A DNA stretch of 64,000 bases from Myxococcota bacterium (GCA_029243605.1 JAQWRT010000015.1:99392-163391), one strand, 5' to 3'. Positions 44,562 through 55,119 are shown, counted from the stretch's first letter. The notes: generated from the sequence alone by a model not told the origin. Program-made: numbers and translations.

Positions 44562-46031
44562 ATGAGTGATCCCACCAGCGACGGTCACCTGTCCGATTGG
44601 GCACACAATGCCCATCTGGCCGAAGACATGATCCCTCGGGTGGGGCGTCTCTATCGCGACCGGGGCGTCATCATCACGATCTTCGGTCATTCCCTGGTGA
44701 ATAAGACGCCGATCGAAATCATTCAGCTCCACGAGACCGCCCAGCAAAATTTCCAGGTTGCCATCTCTCTGGCCGATACCCATCCCGTCCTCGAGGTCAT
44801 TTCGGAACTCGATCTCTCACCCGCGCGGATCGATATCGGGACCCTCTTCACCCAGAGCCTGGGCAGTGGGGGCGCGGCCAACGTCGCCCAGGTCGTGGCT
44901 GCGGAGTTGGCGCACGTTTGCACCGGGCGCGCTTCGATTCGCCCGAAACCCCAGGACGTCGTCCTCTACGGATTCGGGCGGATCGGTCGCTTGGTGACCC
45001 GTATCCTCGTGGGCAAGACCGGCCGCGGCGACGCTCTGCGTTTGCGGGCTGTGGTGGTGCGCGAGGGGGGCAGCAAAAAGGACGACCTCCAGAAGCGGGC
45101 CAGCCTCCTGCGCCGGGATTCGGTCCATGGCCACTTCCAGGGAACCATCACCGTCGACGAAGAGGGCGAGGCGCTCATCGTCAACGGCAACCGGATCTTG
45201 GTCATCTACTCCGACGGCCCCGACGAGATCGATTACACCGACTACGGGATTCACGATGCCCTGATCGTCGACAACACCGGAAAATGGCGTACCCGGGAAG
45301 AGTTGGGACGTCACCTCAAGGCCCCGGGCTCCTCCCAGGTAATTCTGACGGCGCCGGGGAAGGGCGATATCTCCAATTTTGTCTACGGGGTGAATCACGA
45401 GAGCATGCGCGAGGCCGGCCCTCTGATCTCGGCAGCGAGTTGTACCACCAACGCCATCGTGCCGGTGCTCAAGGTGGTCCATGACGAATTCAAGATCGTG
45501 GCCGGGCACATGGAGAGCTGTCACTCCTTCACCAACGACCAGAACCTCATCGACAACTACCATAAGAAGGATCGCCGGGGTCGAGCGGCGACCCTGAATA
45601 TGGTGGTGACCGAGACCGGGGCCGCGAAGGCCGTCGCGGCGGCTCTGCCTGATTTGGCCGGGAAGCTGACGGGCAACGCGGTTCGCGTGCCGACGCCGAA
45701 CGTTTCCCTCGCGATCCTCAACCTGCACCTGTCCCGGGCGACCGAGGTGGGAGAACTCAATGGGCTGTTGCGAGCCGCCTCCATCGAGGGTCCCCTGCAA
45801 AATCAGATCGACTACGTCACCTCGAGCGAGGTGGTCTCGAGCGATTTTGTGGGCAACCGGTATGCGGGCATCGTCGATGCCAAGGCGACCATCGTCAACG
45901 GTGAGTACTGCGTCCTCTACGTCTGGTACGACAATGAATTCGGCTATAGCCGGCAGGTCGTCCGTTGCCTCGAGGAGTTGGCGGGACTCGTGATGCCGAA
46001 TCTGCCCCAGCGCGAGGCCACAAAGGGCTGA
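44562..46031 (+). CDS. gap: Glyceraldehyde-3-phosphate dehydrogenase, long form with N-terminal extension
   Basis: NAD-binding VVLYGFGRIGRLVTR and catalytic SCTTNAIVPVLK. About 130-aa N-terminal extension, as in long-form proteobacterial GAPDH paralogs. Confidence 0.9.
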   Translation: MSDPTSDGHLSDWAHNAHLAEDMIPRVGRLYRDRGVIITIFGHSLVNKTPIEIIQLHETAQQNFQVAISLADTHPVLEVISELDLSPARIDIGTLFTQSLGSGGAANVAQVVAAELAHVCTGRASIRPKPQDVVLYGFGRIGRLVTRILVGKTGRGDALRLRAVVVREGGSKKDDLQKRASLLRRDSVHGHFQGTITVDEEGEALIVNGNRILVIYSDGPDEIDYTDYGIHDALIVDNTGKWRTREELGRHLKAPGSSQVILTAPGKGDISNFVYGVNHESMREAGPLISAASCTTNAIVPVLKVVHDEFKIVAGHMESCHSFTNDQNLIDNYHKKDRRGRAATLNMVVTETGAAKAVAAALPDLAGKLTGNAVRVPTPNVSLAILNLHLSRATEVGELNGLLRAASIEGPLQNQIDYVTSSEVVSSDFVGNRYAGIVDAKATIVNGEYCVLYVWYDNEFGYSRQVVRCLEELAGLVMPNLPQREATKG

Positions 46032-46062
46032 GGCTCGGCCTCGCCGCCCGGGCGCCACTTGG

Positions 46063-47010
46063 CTAGAAGGTCACCGTCGCGTAGCCGCGCACAAGCCCGG
46101 CCGAATCGAAGCCGCTCTTGACGAGTCGGTTGCCCCGGGCGTCTTCGATGCTGAGTTCCCCGGCCACCGCCATGCCGCCCTGGGCCACGATGCGTAGCCT
46201 CGGGGAGAAGCGCAATTCAAGGGCGGCGAGCAGGGGCACCGAGGTCTCCTGGGCGATCCCATTCGGGTTGGCCCCGCCCGTGGCCAGGCGGAAACGCTGG
46301 CGGTCGTAGCCCGCGGTGAGCACGCCCTGGAAAGTTTCACTGGGGCTCCAGATCAGGGCCACCTCGCCCCCCTGGTAGGGGCCGCCGCGGGTCTGGAGGC
46401 GAAGTTCCGAGCCCATCTTCCAGTCCAGGGAAACCGCGGGGTAGACATTCGATTCCTCGCCCAGAGCGCTGCGGATACCGATTCCCAGGCCCGCGGTGAA
46501 GGTCGACGAGATCTTCCATTGGAGCAGAGCGACGGCCCCGGCGGTGATCGCATCGGCCTCGGCCCGGTTCGCGGCATTCCAGCGGATGGGGACCATGAAG
46601 CGAATTCGGATCGCCGGGGTCAGCAGCAGGCTGGCCTGGGGCGAGAGGTCGAGTCGGTGGACATCCTGCCAGGCCGATGGGCTAAAGCAGGCGGCCGGGT
46701 CGGCGCAAGCCGCCCCGGAATCCCCTGCGAATTCGAAGGCGGTGTGGGTGTAGGACGCGTCGAAGCCGAGTTGGATGCTCTCGGTCAGCGGCCCTTCCGC
46801 CCAGGCCGCGATCTCGTATTGCAGGGTCTCGAAATTTCCCCCGGCGTCGATGTCGGTGCCCATCTGGTAGCGGGCCGCCCCGCCGATCTTTGCATCCCAT
46901 TGGGGCGCGTCGCGTTCCACCGAGGGAAAGGCGACTTGGGCCAGGGCGGGGTTGAACCCGAACCCGATCAAGCAGGTCGCCAGGGCCAGGCTTCGCCCGA
47001 TCCGGAACAT
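46063..47010 (-). CDS. Putative outer-membrane beta-barrel protein
   Basis: The ATG at 47010 gives signal peptide MFRIGRSLALATCLIGFGFNPALAQV. Alternating-residue strands throughout and a C-terminal ...YATVTF (terminal Phe). It starts 1 nt after the stop of the upstream PPOX-like gene. Confidence 0.65.
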   Translation of the reverse strand: MFRIGRSLALATCLIGFGFNPALAQVAFPSVERDAPQWDAKIGGAARYQMGTDIDAGGNFETLQYEIAAWAEGPLTESIQLGFDASYTHTAFEFAGDSGAACADPAACFSPSAWQDVHRLDLSPQASLLLTPAIRIRFMVPIRWNAANRAEADAITAGAVALLQWKISSTFTAGLGIGIRSALGEESNVYPAVSLDWKMGSELRLQTRGGPYQGGEVALIWSPSETFQGVLTAGYDRQRFRLATGGANPNGIAQETSVPLLAALELRFSPRLRIVAQGGMAVAGELSIEDARGNRLVKSGFDSAGLVRGYATVTF

Positions 47011-47011
47011 T

Positions 47012-47479
47012 TCAGTAGATCCCCTCGAGCTTGCTGTGATCCCAGCTGACGATCTTTTCCGGGCGAACGAGGATCGCGGTCTTTTTGGGCGCCATGCTCC
47101 TCGAGGCCTGCTCGAGGACATCCCTGGGAATGTCCGGAGTGTTTCGCAAAAGCACCGCCATGTGGAGGGCATGGATTCGCTCGATATCGTCCTGGACGAG
47201 TTCGGCCCGGGTGCCGATGGAGGCGCCGCGCAGGGCATTGTACTCGTCGCCGTCCTCGAAGAGCAGGGTGATGCGCGGGTCGCGTTCGAGGTTCTTGACC
47301 TTTTGGGACTTGCTGAAGGTTTCGAGCACGATGGCGCCGTCCTCTACGGCGAACCAGAGGGGCATCAGGTGAGGGCTTCCATCGCGCTGGACGGTGGCGA
47401 CCTGGACGGTCTTCTGGCTCTCGACGAATTGCCAGAACTCTTCGTCACTCATACGGATTTGGTCGCGTCGCTTGGGCAC
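47012..47479 (-). CDS. Pyridoxamine 5'-phosphate oxidase (PPOX)-family flavin/deazaflavin-binding protein
   Basis: Split-barrel family pattern VQVATVQRDGSPHLMPLWFAVEDGAIVL..KVKNLERDPRITL. Confidence 0.75.
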   Translation of the reverse strand: MPKRRDQIRMSDEEFWQFVESQKTVQVATVQRDGSPHLMPLWFAVEDGAIVLETFSKSQKVKNLERDPRITLLFEDGDEYNALRGASIGTRAELVQDDIERIHALHMAVLLRNTPDIPRDVLEQASRSMAPKKTAILVRPEKIVSWDHSKLEGIY

Positions 47480-47677
47480 ATGGCCTCCTTCATTTGACTG
47501 TGCGGAGCATCGTATCAGAGGAGGGGCCTAGCTCGCTCTGGGAGGTCCTTTTCCCAAGGGGGCAGCCGGATTGGCGGACGTTCGACGAAAGCCGGGGTCT
47601 CGGGTAGAGGGGCGCACGGTTTGTGGTAGGCTGCCCGCCGAAACCGATCAGAGCGTGCGCCGCGGGAGGATTTTTAA

Positions 47678-47896
47678 ATGGGCAAGCGAAGCAAGACGGG
47701 CGTTCTCAAGCGCCTGCGCGAGGTTAAAAAAGCCGAGAAGGCCGCCCACAAGCGCGAGGAAATGCGCGAGCGCAAGGAATCGGGAGTCGCCCCCGAGGCG
47801 CCCCCTCCGGGCGCAACCCTGGCCACCGCCGAGGATCTCGCGGGCTATGGCTTTCCCGTGGACGAAGAAGACGAGCAGGAAGAGGAAGAGGCGTAG
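47678..47896 (+). CDS. Small charged hypothetical protein (72 aa; basic N-terminus, acidic tail)
   Basis: GGAGGA lies 7 nt upstream of the ATG. Third-position GC bias matches the neighbouring genes. The competing antisense ORF (47648..47923) is hydrophobic, low-complexity and has no RBS. Confidence 0.55.
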   Translation: MGKRSKTGVLKRLREVKKAEKAAHKREEMRERKESGVAPEAPPPGATLATAEDLAGYGFPVDEEDEQEEEEA

Positions 47897-47936
47897 CCTC
47901 AGGCCCTTCGAGTTCCCGGCCAATGGTCATCTCTGC

Positions 47937-48932
47937 TTAGGAGAGAGCGTCCCGCCGCAGATGATCGCCGTCGTCGGGCAGGAGTTCTTCGAGCCGTTGG
48001 GCCTGTTCCTCACCGAGAACCCCAGGCACCTGGATTCGTAGGGTGACGTAGAGGTCGCCGGCTTCACGCCCGCCTCCCGCCGGAACGCCCTTGCCCTTCA
48101 GGCGAAGACGGCTGCCGCCGTTGCTGCCCGCGGGCACGCTCAGGGTGACCGCTCCCTCGAGGGTGGGGACTTCGATCTTGGCGCCTCGGATGGCTTCCAC
48201 CACGGTGATCGGGACCTCCATCCCGAGGTCGCGATGGGTCCGCTTGAGGTACCGGTGGGGCCGAACGCGCACCGTCGCCATGAGGTCGCCCGCGGGTCCA
48301 CCCTGGGCGCCCGCTCCCCCCTTGCCCGCGAGCCGAATCCGGCCACCGTCATCGACTCCGCTGGGGATGCGAATGGTCAAGGTCTCGCGTTTGTGGCTTC
48401 CATTGGGTTGGGGCCGATCGAGATCTACGCGCTTTTCACAGCCGCGAACCGCCTCGGCGAAATCCAGGTCGAGGGTGGTCTCGAGGTCCGCCCCCTTCTG
48501 GGCGCGCGGGGTGTGGCCCCCCTGGCCGCCGCCGAAGAGGTCTTCAAAGATGTTCCCGAAGCCGCCGCCCTGGGCCTCGGAGAAATCGCCGCCGCCGCCG
48601 AAGCCGCCGCCGCCGAAACCCTGGCCGAAGCCGCCCCCAAAGCCGGGTCCCGCCCGCCGAGCCTTGTCGGCGTCGAAATTGGGATCGATGGCGATTTCGC
48701 CGAACTCGTCGTAGTCGCGTCGGCGCTTTTCGTCGGAAAGGACGGTGTAGGCCGCGGAGATCTGCTTGAAGCGCTCCTCGGCCTTGGCGTCGTCGGCATT
48801 GCGGTCCGGGTGGTATTGCTGGGCGAGCTTTCGGTACGCCTGCTTGATCGTCGAGGCGTCCGCATCCCGAGGGACGCCGAGTTCTTTGTAGAGGTCTTTC
48901 GCTTGTTGTCTGGCCACGGGGTTTTCGAGCAC
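47937..48932 (-). CDS. cbpA: J-domain co-chaperone without zinc finger (CbpA-like DnaJ homolog)
   Basis: J-domain DLYKELGV..AYRKLAQQYHPDRN..., Gly/Phe-rich linker, DnaJ C-terminal beta domains, and no CxxCxGxG repeats. The start is uncertain (GTG 48932 or GTG 48917). Confidence 0.8.
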   Translation of the reverse strand: MLENPVARQQAKDLYKELGVPRDADASTIKQAYRKLAQQYHPDRNADDAKAEERFKQISAAYTVLSDEKRRRDYDEFGEIAIDPNFDADKARRAGPGFGGGFGQGFGGGGFGGGGDFSEAQGGGFGNIFEDLFGGGQGGHTPRAQKGADLETTLDLDFAEAVRGCEKRVDLDRPQPNGSHKRETLTIRIPSGVDDGGRIRLAGKGGAGAQGGPAGDLMATVRVRPHRYLKRTHRDLGMEVPITVVEAIRGAKIEVPTLEGAVTLSVPAGSNGGSRLRLKGKGVPAGGGREAGDLYVTLRIQVPGVLGEEQAQRLEELLPDDGDHLRRDALS

Positions 48933-49054
48933 TCCTTATCGCCGCGCTTTGGGGGAGTCTCCCCCAAGGCGCCCGGGCGAACCCCTATCCTAAGCACCTC
49001 GGGCGAGCGATCAAGCGCTCGGGGGAATCCCGCGGGCAACCTCGGCCGGCTCGC

Positions 49055-51994
49055 CTAGTCGTCGAGCAGGGCCAGAAGGTCGTCCCGGGTGAGTCCCGAG
49101 CCGCCGCCTCCCTCACCCAGGGCGGCCTCAGAGAGCGCTCGTTTGCGCGCATGGAGCTCAAGGATCCGCTCCTCCACCGTCCCCAGGGCCACCAGGCGAT
49201 GCACCACCACCGGCCGGGTCTGGCCGATGCGATGGGCTCGATCCGCGGCCTGGTCCTCCACCGCAGGATTCCACCACGGGTCGAGGAGAAAGACGTGGTC
49301 GGCGGAGGTCAGGTTGAGCCCGGTGCCGCCTGCGCGCAGGGAGATCAGCATGACCGAGGCCCCCTCGGCGTCGTCGAAGCGGCGGATGACTCCTGGGCGG
49401 TCCCGGGTGGATCCGTCCAGGCGTTCGAAGGCGATCCCCGCAGCGCCCAGGGCCGGCTCGACCCGGTCGAGGAAGCTCGTCCATTGGGAGAAGACCAGGG
49501 CCTTATGGCCGTCCTCGAAGGCCTGGCTGAGCCTTTCGACGAGCAGGTCGACCTTGGTCGAGCGCTCGGCGTCCTGTCCGGGGACCAGTCCCGGGTGGCA
49601 AGCGGCCTGGCGAAGGCGCAGCAGGGCTTCGAGGGCCTCCATCATGTTGCCCCCGTCGCGCAGGCTCTCGACCACTCGGCTCAGGCTGGCCGCTCGCACG
49701 CTGTCGTAGACGTCGCGTTCCTCGGCGCTCAACTCGCAATGCAGGACCACGTCGCTGCGCGGCGGCAACTCCGGGGCGACATCGCGTTTGAGTCGGCGGA
49801 GCACGAAGGGTCGGACCCGGTCGCGAAGTCGGCTCGCGGCGCTCGCGTCGCCCTCGCCGATGGGGCGCGCGTAGCGATCCTGAAAATCCCGTCGTCCCCC
49901 GAGCAGGCCCCGGTTGAGGAAATGCAACTGGCTCCAGAGTTCCTCGAGCCGGTTTTCGACCGGGGTGCCCGTGAGGGCGATGCGGAAGTCGGCTTCCATC
50001 GCCTGAGCGGCTTGGGCGACCTGGCTCTCGGGGTTTTTGATATTTTGGGCCTCGTCGAGGACCAGGGTACGCCAGCGTTCCTCGGCCAATTGATCGTTAT
50101 CCAGGCGCATGATGGCGTAGCTGGTGAGCACCACGTCGGCTTCGCGGTCGAGGGTGCGCTTCGGGCCGTGATAGGTCGAGACCCGGAGGCCCGGGCGAAA
50201 GCGCTCGAGCTCCTCGCTCCAGTTGTGGATCAGGCTCGTGGGCACCACCACCAGGGCGCGGCTCTCGAGCGCGCAGATTGTCTGGAGGGTCTTGCCCAGC
50301 CCCATATCGTCCGCGAGCAGGGCACCCAGACCCGCCCCGCGCAGGAAGTGCAACCAGTCGACCCCGTGACGTTGGTACTCGCGCAATTCCGCCCGGAGGT
50401 CGCTGGGCAGGGGAGCGGGAGGAATGCCGGAAAAGTTTTCGAGCAGCGGGCGCAGACCACCGAGTTGGGGGGGAGCCGGCTCGTCGAGGTCTTCGCAAAG
50501 CCGTCCGAGGTCGGGCAGCACGCAGGCCGGGACCTCGCCGCGTGGGTCCCGGGCCGCGAGCAGGTCGGCGATCCGGTGGCCGAAGCGGGCGAGCCAGTCC
50601 GCGGGCAGCGGGGCAAAGCCGCCGCCGTTTAGGGAAACCATGGAGTCGCCCCGGCGCCAGGCACCGATCACGCTCTCGGCCGAAGCCACGCCGGCACGTC
50701 CGGGGCGCCCGCTCTCGGAATCCGCGGGCAGGGAGAAGGAGACGTCGAAGGTCGAGCTGGCGACCTCGAGCGCCGGGATCAATTCCGGGGCGCGAAAAAA
50801 AGCGCGGTGGGCGTCGCCCTGGAGATCGCCGCGCCAGCCCGCCAAGCGATCGGCAAATTCGATGGCCTCTTCCCCGGAAAGGACGACCTTTCGACCCGCC
50901 TTGAGTCCGAGGCCTCTTTCGAGTTCGACCAGAGCGCTGCGCTCGGCGGCGGGGTCGCGCAGGGGGAGGGGGCCTTGGATATGGACCAAGCGACCGGCAT
51001 CGACCCGGGCGCTGGGCGGGTCTCCGTAGACCAGAGAGGGGAGGATGGAGAGTTGGTCCCCCTCCCGGGCCGACGCGATTTGGACGCGGGGCGGATCGCC
51101 GCGCTGGGTCGCAGGCAGGCGATCGGTCTCGATACGAACCGGGATTCGCGCTTCGAGGCTGGGCAGCACCTCGCTCACGAGTTCCCCGAGTTGATCGTCG
51201 CTGAAGAACTGGCCCCGGGGAAGTTGCTCGCGCTCCCGGCCGTCGAATTTGGGGTCGCCCATGGCGCGCAGGGTGTCGCCGGAGAGAACGACCCCACTCC
51301 CGAAGGTTCGGGTCACCGAGCCGTCCTGCTCGACGAAGAGCCTCACCCCGCCGGGTGCATCGACCACCCGGGCCAGGGGGAGCACCCGCTCGGAGGAGAC
51401 CGCCACGGGTTCACCGTCGAGGATCACGCGCTCGCAGTCCGCCAGGGCGTCGAATAATTGGATCATGGCCTCCCGGGGCAGCACGGGCTCCCGGAAAATT
51501 CCGAGGATTCGCTCCACCTTCATGTCCCGGCCGCTGGCGTCGAAGCGGGGACCGCTGACCCGGCCCGCCGCGAGGGCGGTGAGACTGTGTTCGAGGGGGA
51601 GCACTCTCTCGCCGGTCACCACCTCTCGGGTCAGGGACAGGCTCTTCTTGCCCTGGCTATCGAAGCGGTAGCGTAGGCGCCCGGTGCTGCTCGCGGCCTT
51701 GGGCAGTGCGTCGCCTTCCTTACGGGCCTTGCGTAGGGCGATGATCGCGGCGGTGACGTGCTCGCACGGATCCTCCTCTCCCTGGCAACTGCACTCCCAA
51801 TCCTCATCCTCGGGGTAGAGGGTGACCGTCGGGGTCTTCAGGCCCTGGCGGGTGGAGACCCGCAGCACCACTTCCTCGGGCTTGGACTTCTCGCCGCTGA
51901 CGGCTTCGGCGCGCACGAGTTCAACCCCCCGAGACCAGACGGGTCGAGAGGCGGCTTCCTGGATTGCCTGAAAGAGGGCCTGGGTCGCGCGCAT
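49055..51994 (-). CDS. SNF2-family helicase with N-terminal SWIM zinc finger
   Basis: SWIM motif [12 protein letters not shown]. Helicase motif [13 protein letters not shown], motif [13 protein letters not shown], and C-terminal motif [20 protein letters not shown]. Confidence 0.9.
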   Translation of the reverse strand: MRATQALFQAIQEAASRPVWSRGVELVRAEAVSGEKSKPEEVVLRVSTRQGLKTPTVTLYPEDEDWECSCQGEEDPCEHVTAAIIALRKARKEGDALPKAASSTGRLRYRFDSQGKKSLSLTREVVTGERVLPLEHSLTALAAGRVSGPRFDASGRDMKVERILGIFREPVLPREAMIQLFDALADCERVILDGEPVAVSSERVLPLARVVDAPGGVRLFVEQDGSVTRTFGSGVVLSGDTLRAMGDPKFDGREREQLPRGQFFSDDQLGELVSEVLPSLEARIPVRIETDRLPATQRGDPPRVQIASAREGDQLSILPSLVYGDPPSARVDAGRLVHIQGPLPLRDPAAERSALVELERGLGLKAGRKVVLSGEEAIEFADRLAGWRGDLQGDAHRAFFRAPELIPALEVASSTFDVSFSLPADSESGRPGRAGVASAESVIGAWRRGDSMVSLNGGGFAPLPADWLARFGHRIADLLAARDPRGEVPACVLPDLGRLCEDLDEPAPPQLGGLRPLLENFSGIPPAPLPSDLRAELREYQRHGVDWLHFLRGAGLGALLADDMGLGKTLQTICALESRALVVVPTSLIHNWSEELERFRPGLRVSTYHGPKRTLDREADVVLTSYAIMRLDNDQLAEERWRTLVLDEAQNIKNPESQVAQAAQAMEADFRIALTGTPVENRLEELWSQLHFLNRGLLGGRRDFQDRYARPIGEGDASAASRLRDRVRPFVLRRLKRDVAPELPPRSDVVLHCELSAEERDVYDSVRAASLSRVVESLRDGGNMMEALEALLRLRQAACHPGLVPGQDAERSTKVDLLVERLSQAFEDGHKALVFSQWTSFLDRVEPALGAAGIAFERLDGSTRDRPGVIRRFDDAEGASVMLISLRAGGTGLNLTSADHVFLLDPWWNPAVEDQAADRAHRIGQTRPVVVHRLVALGTVEERILELHARKRALSEAALGEGGGGSGLTRDDLLALLDD

Positions 51995-52076
51995 GCCAGG
52001 AGTCTACCCGGCGCGGGCGAGTTTTCCCGGGCCTTGGGCGCTCCCTTTATTTCCCGGGCTCGGGTATTCTCGCCCC

Positions 52077-53366
52077 ATGAGCGCCCCTTCGATCTCCGTT
52101 TATCGCGTTTCGCGCGCTACGGCGCGCGTCCTTGGCCAAGGCCACCCCTGGATTTTGCCCGATGGGGAGAGCGACGATCCCTCGGGTTGGCCCCCGGGCA
52201 CTCGGGTCGAGGTGGTGGGTCCCGGCGAGCAGCGCCTGGGTCTCGCCCGGGTGGAGGGCACCGGGCCCATCGCCGCGCGGATCTGGGCCCGGGCCGGGGT
52301 CGAGACCCTGGACGATGCCGAGGAGGTCCCGCTTCGGGTGAAGCGGGCGGTGGCCCACCGCCGGGGTCTGGCCAAGCGGGGAGCGAGCCTCCGCAGTTTC
52401 GAGGGCCGTCCCCATACCGATGCCCTGCGGCTGATTCACGGTGAGGCCGATGGGCTGCCCGGGCTCTGGGTCGACCGCCTGGGAAGCGTGCTCCGGGTGT
52501 TGGTCAGCGGCCGGGCTTGCCAGGGGCTAGTGGGCCCGGTGATCGAGGCCCTCGAGGCCGAGGAGTGGCCCGGGGGTCCGGGCCGAGTCATCGAGGTCCT
52601 TCAGCTTCCCAGCGCCGAGCGTCCGCCGGGCCCTCTGGTGGCCTGGCGCACGGCGCCGGAGCCGGATTGGCTCGCCGAAAACCTCGATCCCCGGGGCCGT
52701 CTCCGGGTGCATGAAAGAGGGCTGCGCTTTCAGGTGGATCCAGGCCTCGGCGATCCGCGCCGGCCCCGTCCGGGGGTGGGGCTCTTTCTCGACCAGCGCG
52801 AGAACCGGGAGACCCTGGCGAGCGCCGCCCAAGGAGGCGATTGGCTGAACCTCTTCGCCCACACCGGTGCGTTCAGCGTGGCCCTACTGGCCGCGGGCGC
52901 CCAGCGCGTGACCAGCGTGGATCTCTCGGGTCCGTATCTGGCCTGGCTCGGCGATCATCTCGCGCTCAACGCCGAGTTCGGGGTCGAGGAGGCGCGGCAC
53001 CAGGCGGTGCGCCACGACGGGCGTCGCTATTTGGCGAGCTTGAGCCGCCGGGAACGTTTCGATGGGATCGTGCTCGATCCCCCCACCGCCGCCGCTGCCG
53101 GGCGTCGCTTCTGGTCGGTGCAACGCGATCTCGAGCCCCTGGTGGTCGAGGCCTTGGGTCGCTTGAGGCCCGGAGGTCGCTTGCTCGTCTGCCGCAACTG
53201 GCGCCGAGCCCGGGGGTCGCTTCCCGATCTGGTCGAGGGGGCCGCCGGGCGCGCCGGGGTTCGCCTGGACACGGTGGAGGATGCCGGTCCCGGCCCGGAT
53301 TTTCCCCGTCGAAGAGCCTTTCCCGAAGGCGATTCGTTCCGGGGGGTTCTCGTGCGTCGAAGCTAG
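52077..53366 (+). CDS. Class I SAM-dependent rRNA methyltransferase, RlmI/YccW-like (PUA + MTase)
   Basis: The ATG at 52077 gives MSAPSISVY.. with GHPWI (PUA-like N-terminus). GLFLDQRENR, NLFAHTGAFSVA (SAM motif), VLDPP. Confidence 0.75.
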   Translation: MSAPSISVYRVSRATARVLGQGHPWILPDGESDDPSGWPPGTRVEVVGPGEQRLGLARVEGTGPIAARIWARAGVETLDDAEEVPLRVKRAVAHRRGLAKRGASLRSFEGRPHTDALRLIHGEADGLPGLWVDRLGSVLRVLVSGRACQGLVGPVIEALEAEEWPGGPGRVIEVLQLPSAERPPGPLVAWRTAPEPDWLAENLDPRGRLRVHERGLRFQVDPGLGDPRRPRPGVGLFLDQRENRETLASAAQGGDWLNLFAHTGAFSVALLAAGAQRVTSVDLSGPYLAWLGDHLALNAEFGVEEARHQAVRHDGRRYLASLSRRERFDGIVLDPPTAAAAGRRFWSVQRDLEPLVVEALGRLRPGGRLLVCRNWRRARGSLPDLVEGAAGRAGVRLDTVEDAGPGPDFPRRRAFPEGDSFRGVLVRRS

Positions 53367-53388
53367 ACCCCGTCGCCGGGGTTCGCGG

Positions 53389-54036
53389 TTACTCGGCGCT
53401 GGGGGCGGGGTCCGAGGGCCAGACTATCGCGTCGAGTTTCGCGCGCAGGGACGCGTTGATGGGGTCCGAGGCGCCGTCCAGGTTCAGCGCGGCCTGGGCG
53501 ATTTGAGCCGCCATGACCGGGTTGCCCGCCGCCACTGCCTGCTCGGCGTGGCTGAGCATCAGGGGGCCGGCCACGTCGAAGTTGATCCGCCGGTCGGCCT
53601 GCTCCTGAACGATCAGGATTTGGACGAGTTCGGCGGCTTGATCTTGGGAGCCTTCGGCATCGAGGGCCTGGGCGAGGATCGTGATATTGACCAGCGAGGT
53701 CTTGACGCGCACGTCGTGGTCCTCGAGAGCGGCGGTCTGGGCCAGGGCGGAGAGGAAGGCGCTCTGGGCCCCGTCATAATCGCCCACGAGCATGGCATCC
53801 CGTCCCCGGGACGAGAGTTCGGCCCAGCTGTAGGGGCTGTCGGCCCCGGGCTCGGATGCGGCGGGCTCTGGTGCCGTCCATTTGGAGGCATCCGGGGCCG
53901 GCTGCGCCGGGGCGCCGCTCCTGTCCTTGGGGAAGCTGAGGCTGTCGGCTGAAAGACTTCCGCCGTTGCAGCCGAGCCCTAAGGCGATGAGGAGGGTGGC
54001 GAAGCCGAGCGCGCAGTGGATCCGAGAATCAATCAT
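53389..54036 (-). CDS. Hypothetical lipoprotein
   Basis: The ATG at 54036 overlaps the upstream stop (ATGA). Signal peptide and cysteine FATLLIALGLGC. The helical Ala/Gln-rich remainder has no recognisable catalytic motif. Confidence 0.55.
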   Translation of the reverse strand: MIDSRIHCALGFATLLIALGLGCNGGSLSADSLSFPKDRSGAPAQPAPDASKWTAPEPAASEPGADSPYSWAELSSRGRDAMLVGDYDGAQSAFLSALAQTAALEDHDVRVKTSLVNITILAQALDAEGSQDQAAELVQILIVQEQADRRINFDVAGPLMLSHAEQAVAAGNPVMAAQIAQAALNLDGASDPINASLRAKLDAIVWPSDPAPSAE

Positions 54037-54968
54037 GCCGTGAATGTACCCCGAAGTTGGGTGCACGCCTCGTCCACCGCCAAATTTGCCTTGTCGATGG
54101 CCGCTCCCATGCCGAAGAAGCCGTGAAAGAGACCGTTATAGCGGGTCAGCCGGGTTTCGATCCCCGCGCTTTCGAGGCGCCGGGCGTAGGCCTCGCCCTC
54201 GTCGCGCAGCGGGTCGAATTCGGCGGTGAGCACCGTCGCCGGGGGCAATCCGGCGAGGACGGCGGCGCGCAGAGGCGAGGCGAGTTCGTCGCCGCCCTGG
54301 GCGGGATCCGCCAGATAGTGGTTCCAAAACCATTCCATCAGCGGGAGGGTGAGCATGTAGCCGTCGGCGTTTTCTCGGTACGAATCCGTGTCGAATGCGT
54401 AGTCGGTGACGGGGTAAATGAGGAGCTGGTGGCACAGGACCGGGCGCTGGCGATCTCGGGACATCAGGGCCACCACCGCCGCCAGGTTTCCGCCGGCACT
54501 GTCTCCGCCGACGGCCACGCGGTTGGGATCGGCCCCGATTTCCGCTGCGTTTTCGGCCACCCAGGCCGTGGCTGCGTAACAGTCCTCGGGCGCCGCCGGA
54601 AAGGGGTTTTCCGGAGCCAGGCGGTAGTCGACGGACACCACCATGCAGCCGGCTCCCCGGGCGAGGGCGCGGCAGGTGCCGTCGTGGGTGTCGATGTCGC
54701 CGATCACGAAGCCGCCGCCGTGGAAGTAGACCAGGACCGGCAGTTGGGGCTCTTCGTCGGGGGTGGACGGCGCGTAGATTCGCACGGGGATCTCTCCGGC
54801 AGTTCCGGGAATCGTACGGTCCTCGATTCTCGCCACGGGGACCGATGTGTCGGGGGTGTTCATCTGGGCGAAGAACTCGCGCGCTTCCGCCACCGTCGCG
54901 TCGAGGTCGAAGCTGGGGGCCGAGTTGATAAGATCGAGGACTTGCTTGGCCTGAGGATCGAGGGGCAT
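54033..54968 (-). CDS. Alpha/beta hydrolase, hormone-sensitive-lipase-type (family IV) esterase
   Basis: The ATG at 54968 gives MPLDPQAKQVLD.. Oxyanion-hole motif HGGGF, nucleophile elbow GDSAGGN. The upstream 68 track codons are unsupported. Confidence 0.85.
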   Translation of the reverse strand: MPLDPQAKQVLDLINSAPSFDLDATVAEAREFFAQMNTPDTSVPVARIEDRTIPGTAGEIPVRIYAPSTPDEEPQLPVLVYFHGGGFVIGDIDTHDGTCRALARGAGCMVVSVDYRLAPENPFPAAPEDCYAATAWVAENAAEIGADPNRVAVGGDSAGGNLAAVVALMSRDRQRPVLCHQLLIYPVTDYAFDTDSYRENADGYMLTLPLMEWFWNHYLADPAQGGDELASPLRAAVLAGLPPATVLTAEFDPLRDEGEAYARRLESAGIETRLTRYNGLFHGFFGMGAAIDKANLAVDEACTQLRGTFTA

Positions 54969-55119
54969 GGCGGGTTCCTTGAGGCTGCGCGGGTTTTGAG
55001 GGCCCAGTTCTCGACCCGGGGCGAGTCTACCCCAGGCACGGAAATCATCGAGTGCGTCTACCGCCCGAAGGGCGCTAGGCTCAAACGGGATTTGGAGCGC
55101 GGTCGCAGGGGAGGTGGAG

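Noticed and set aside
48560-48655. Repetitive GCCGCC/GAAGCC DNA that resembles a tandem repeat.
   Set aside because: It is explained by the Gly/Phe-rich linker (GGFGGGFGQGFGGGGFGGGG) of the J-protein gene on the minus strand.
49055-51994. The SWIM-SNF2 helicase as part of a phage-defence system (DISARM/Zorya/BREX-like).
   Set aside because: No partner genes are adjacent (methyltransferase, DUF1998 helicase, PLD nuclease, ZorA/B, PglX/Z and so on). Its neighbours are a J-protein and an rRNA methyltransferase. Stand-alone SWIM-SNF2 proteins are common housekeeping-type genes.
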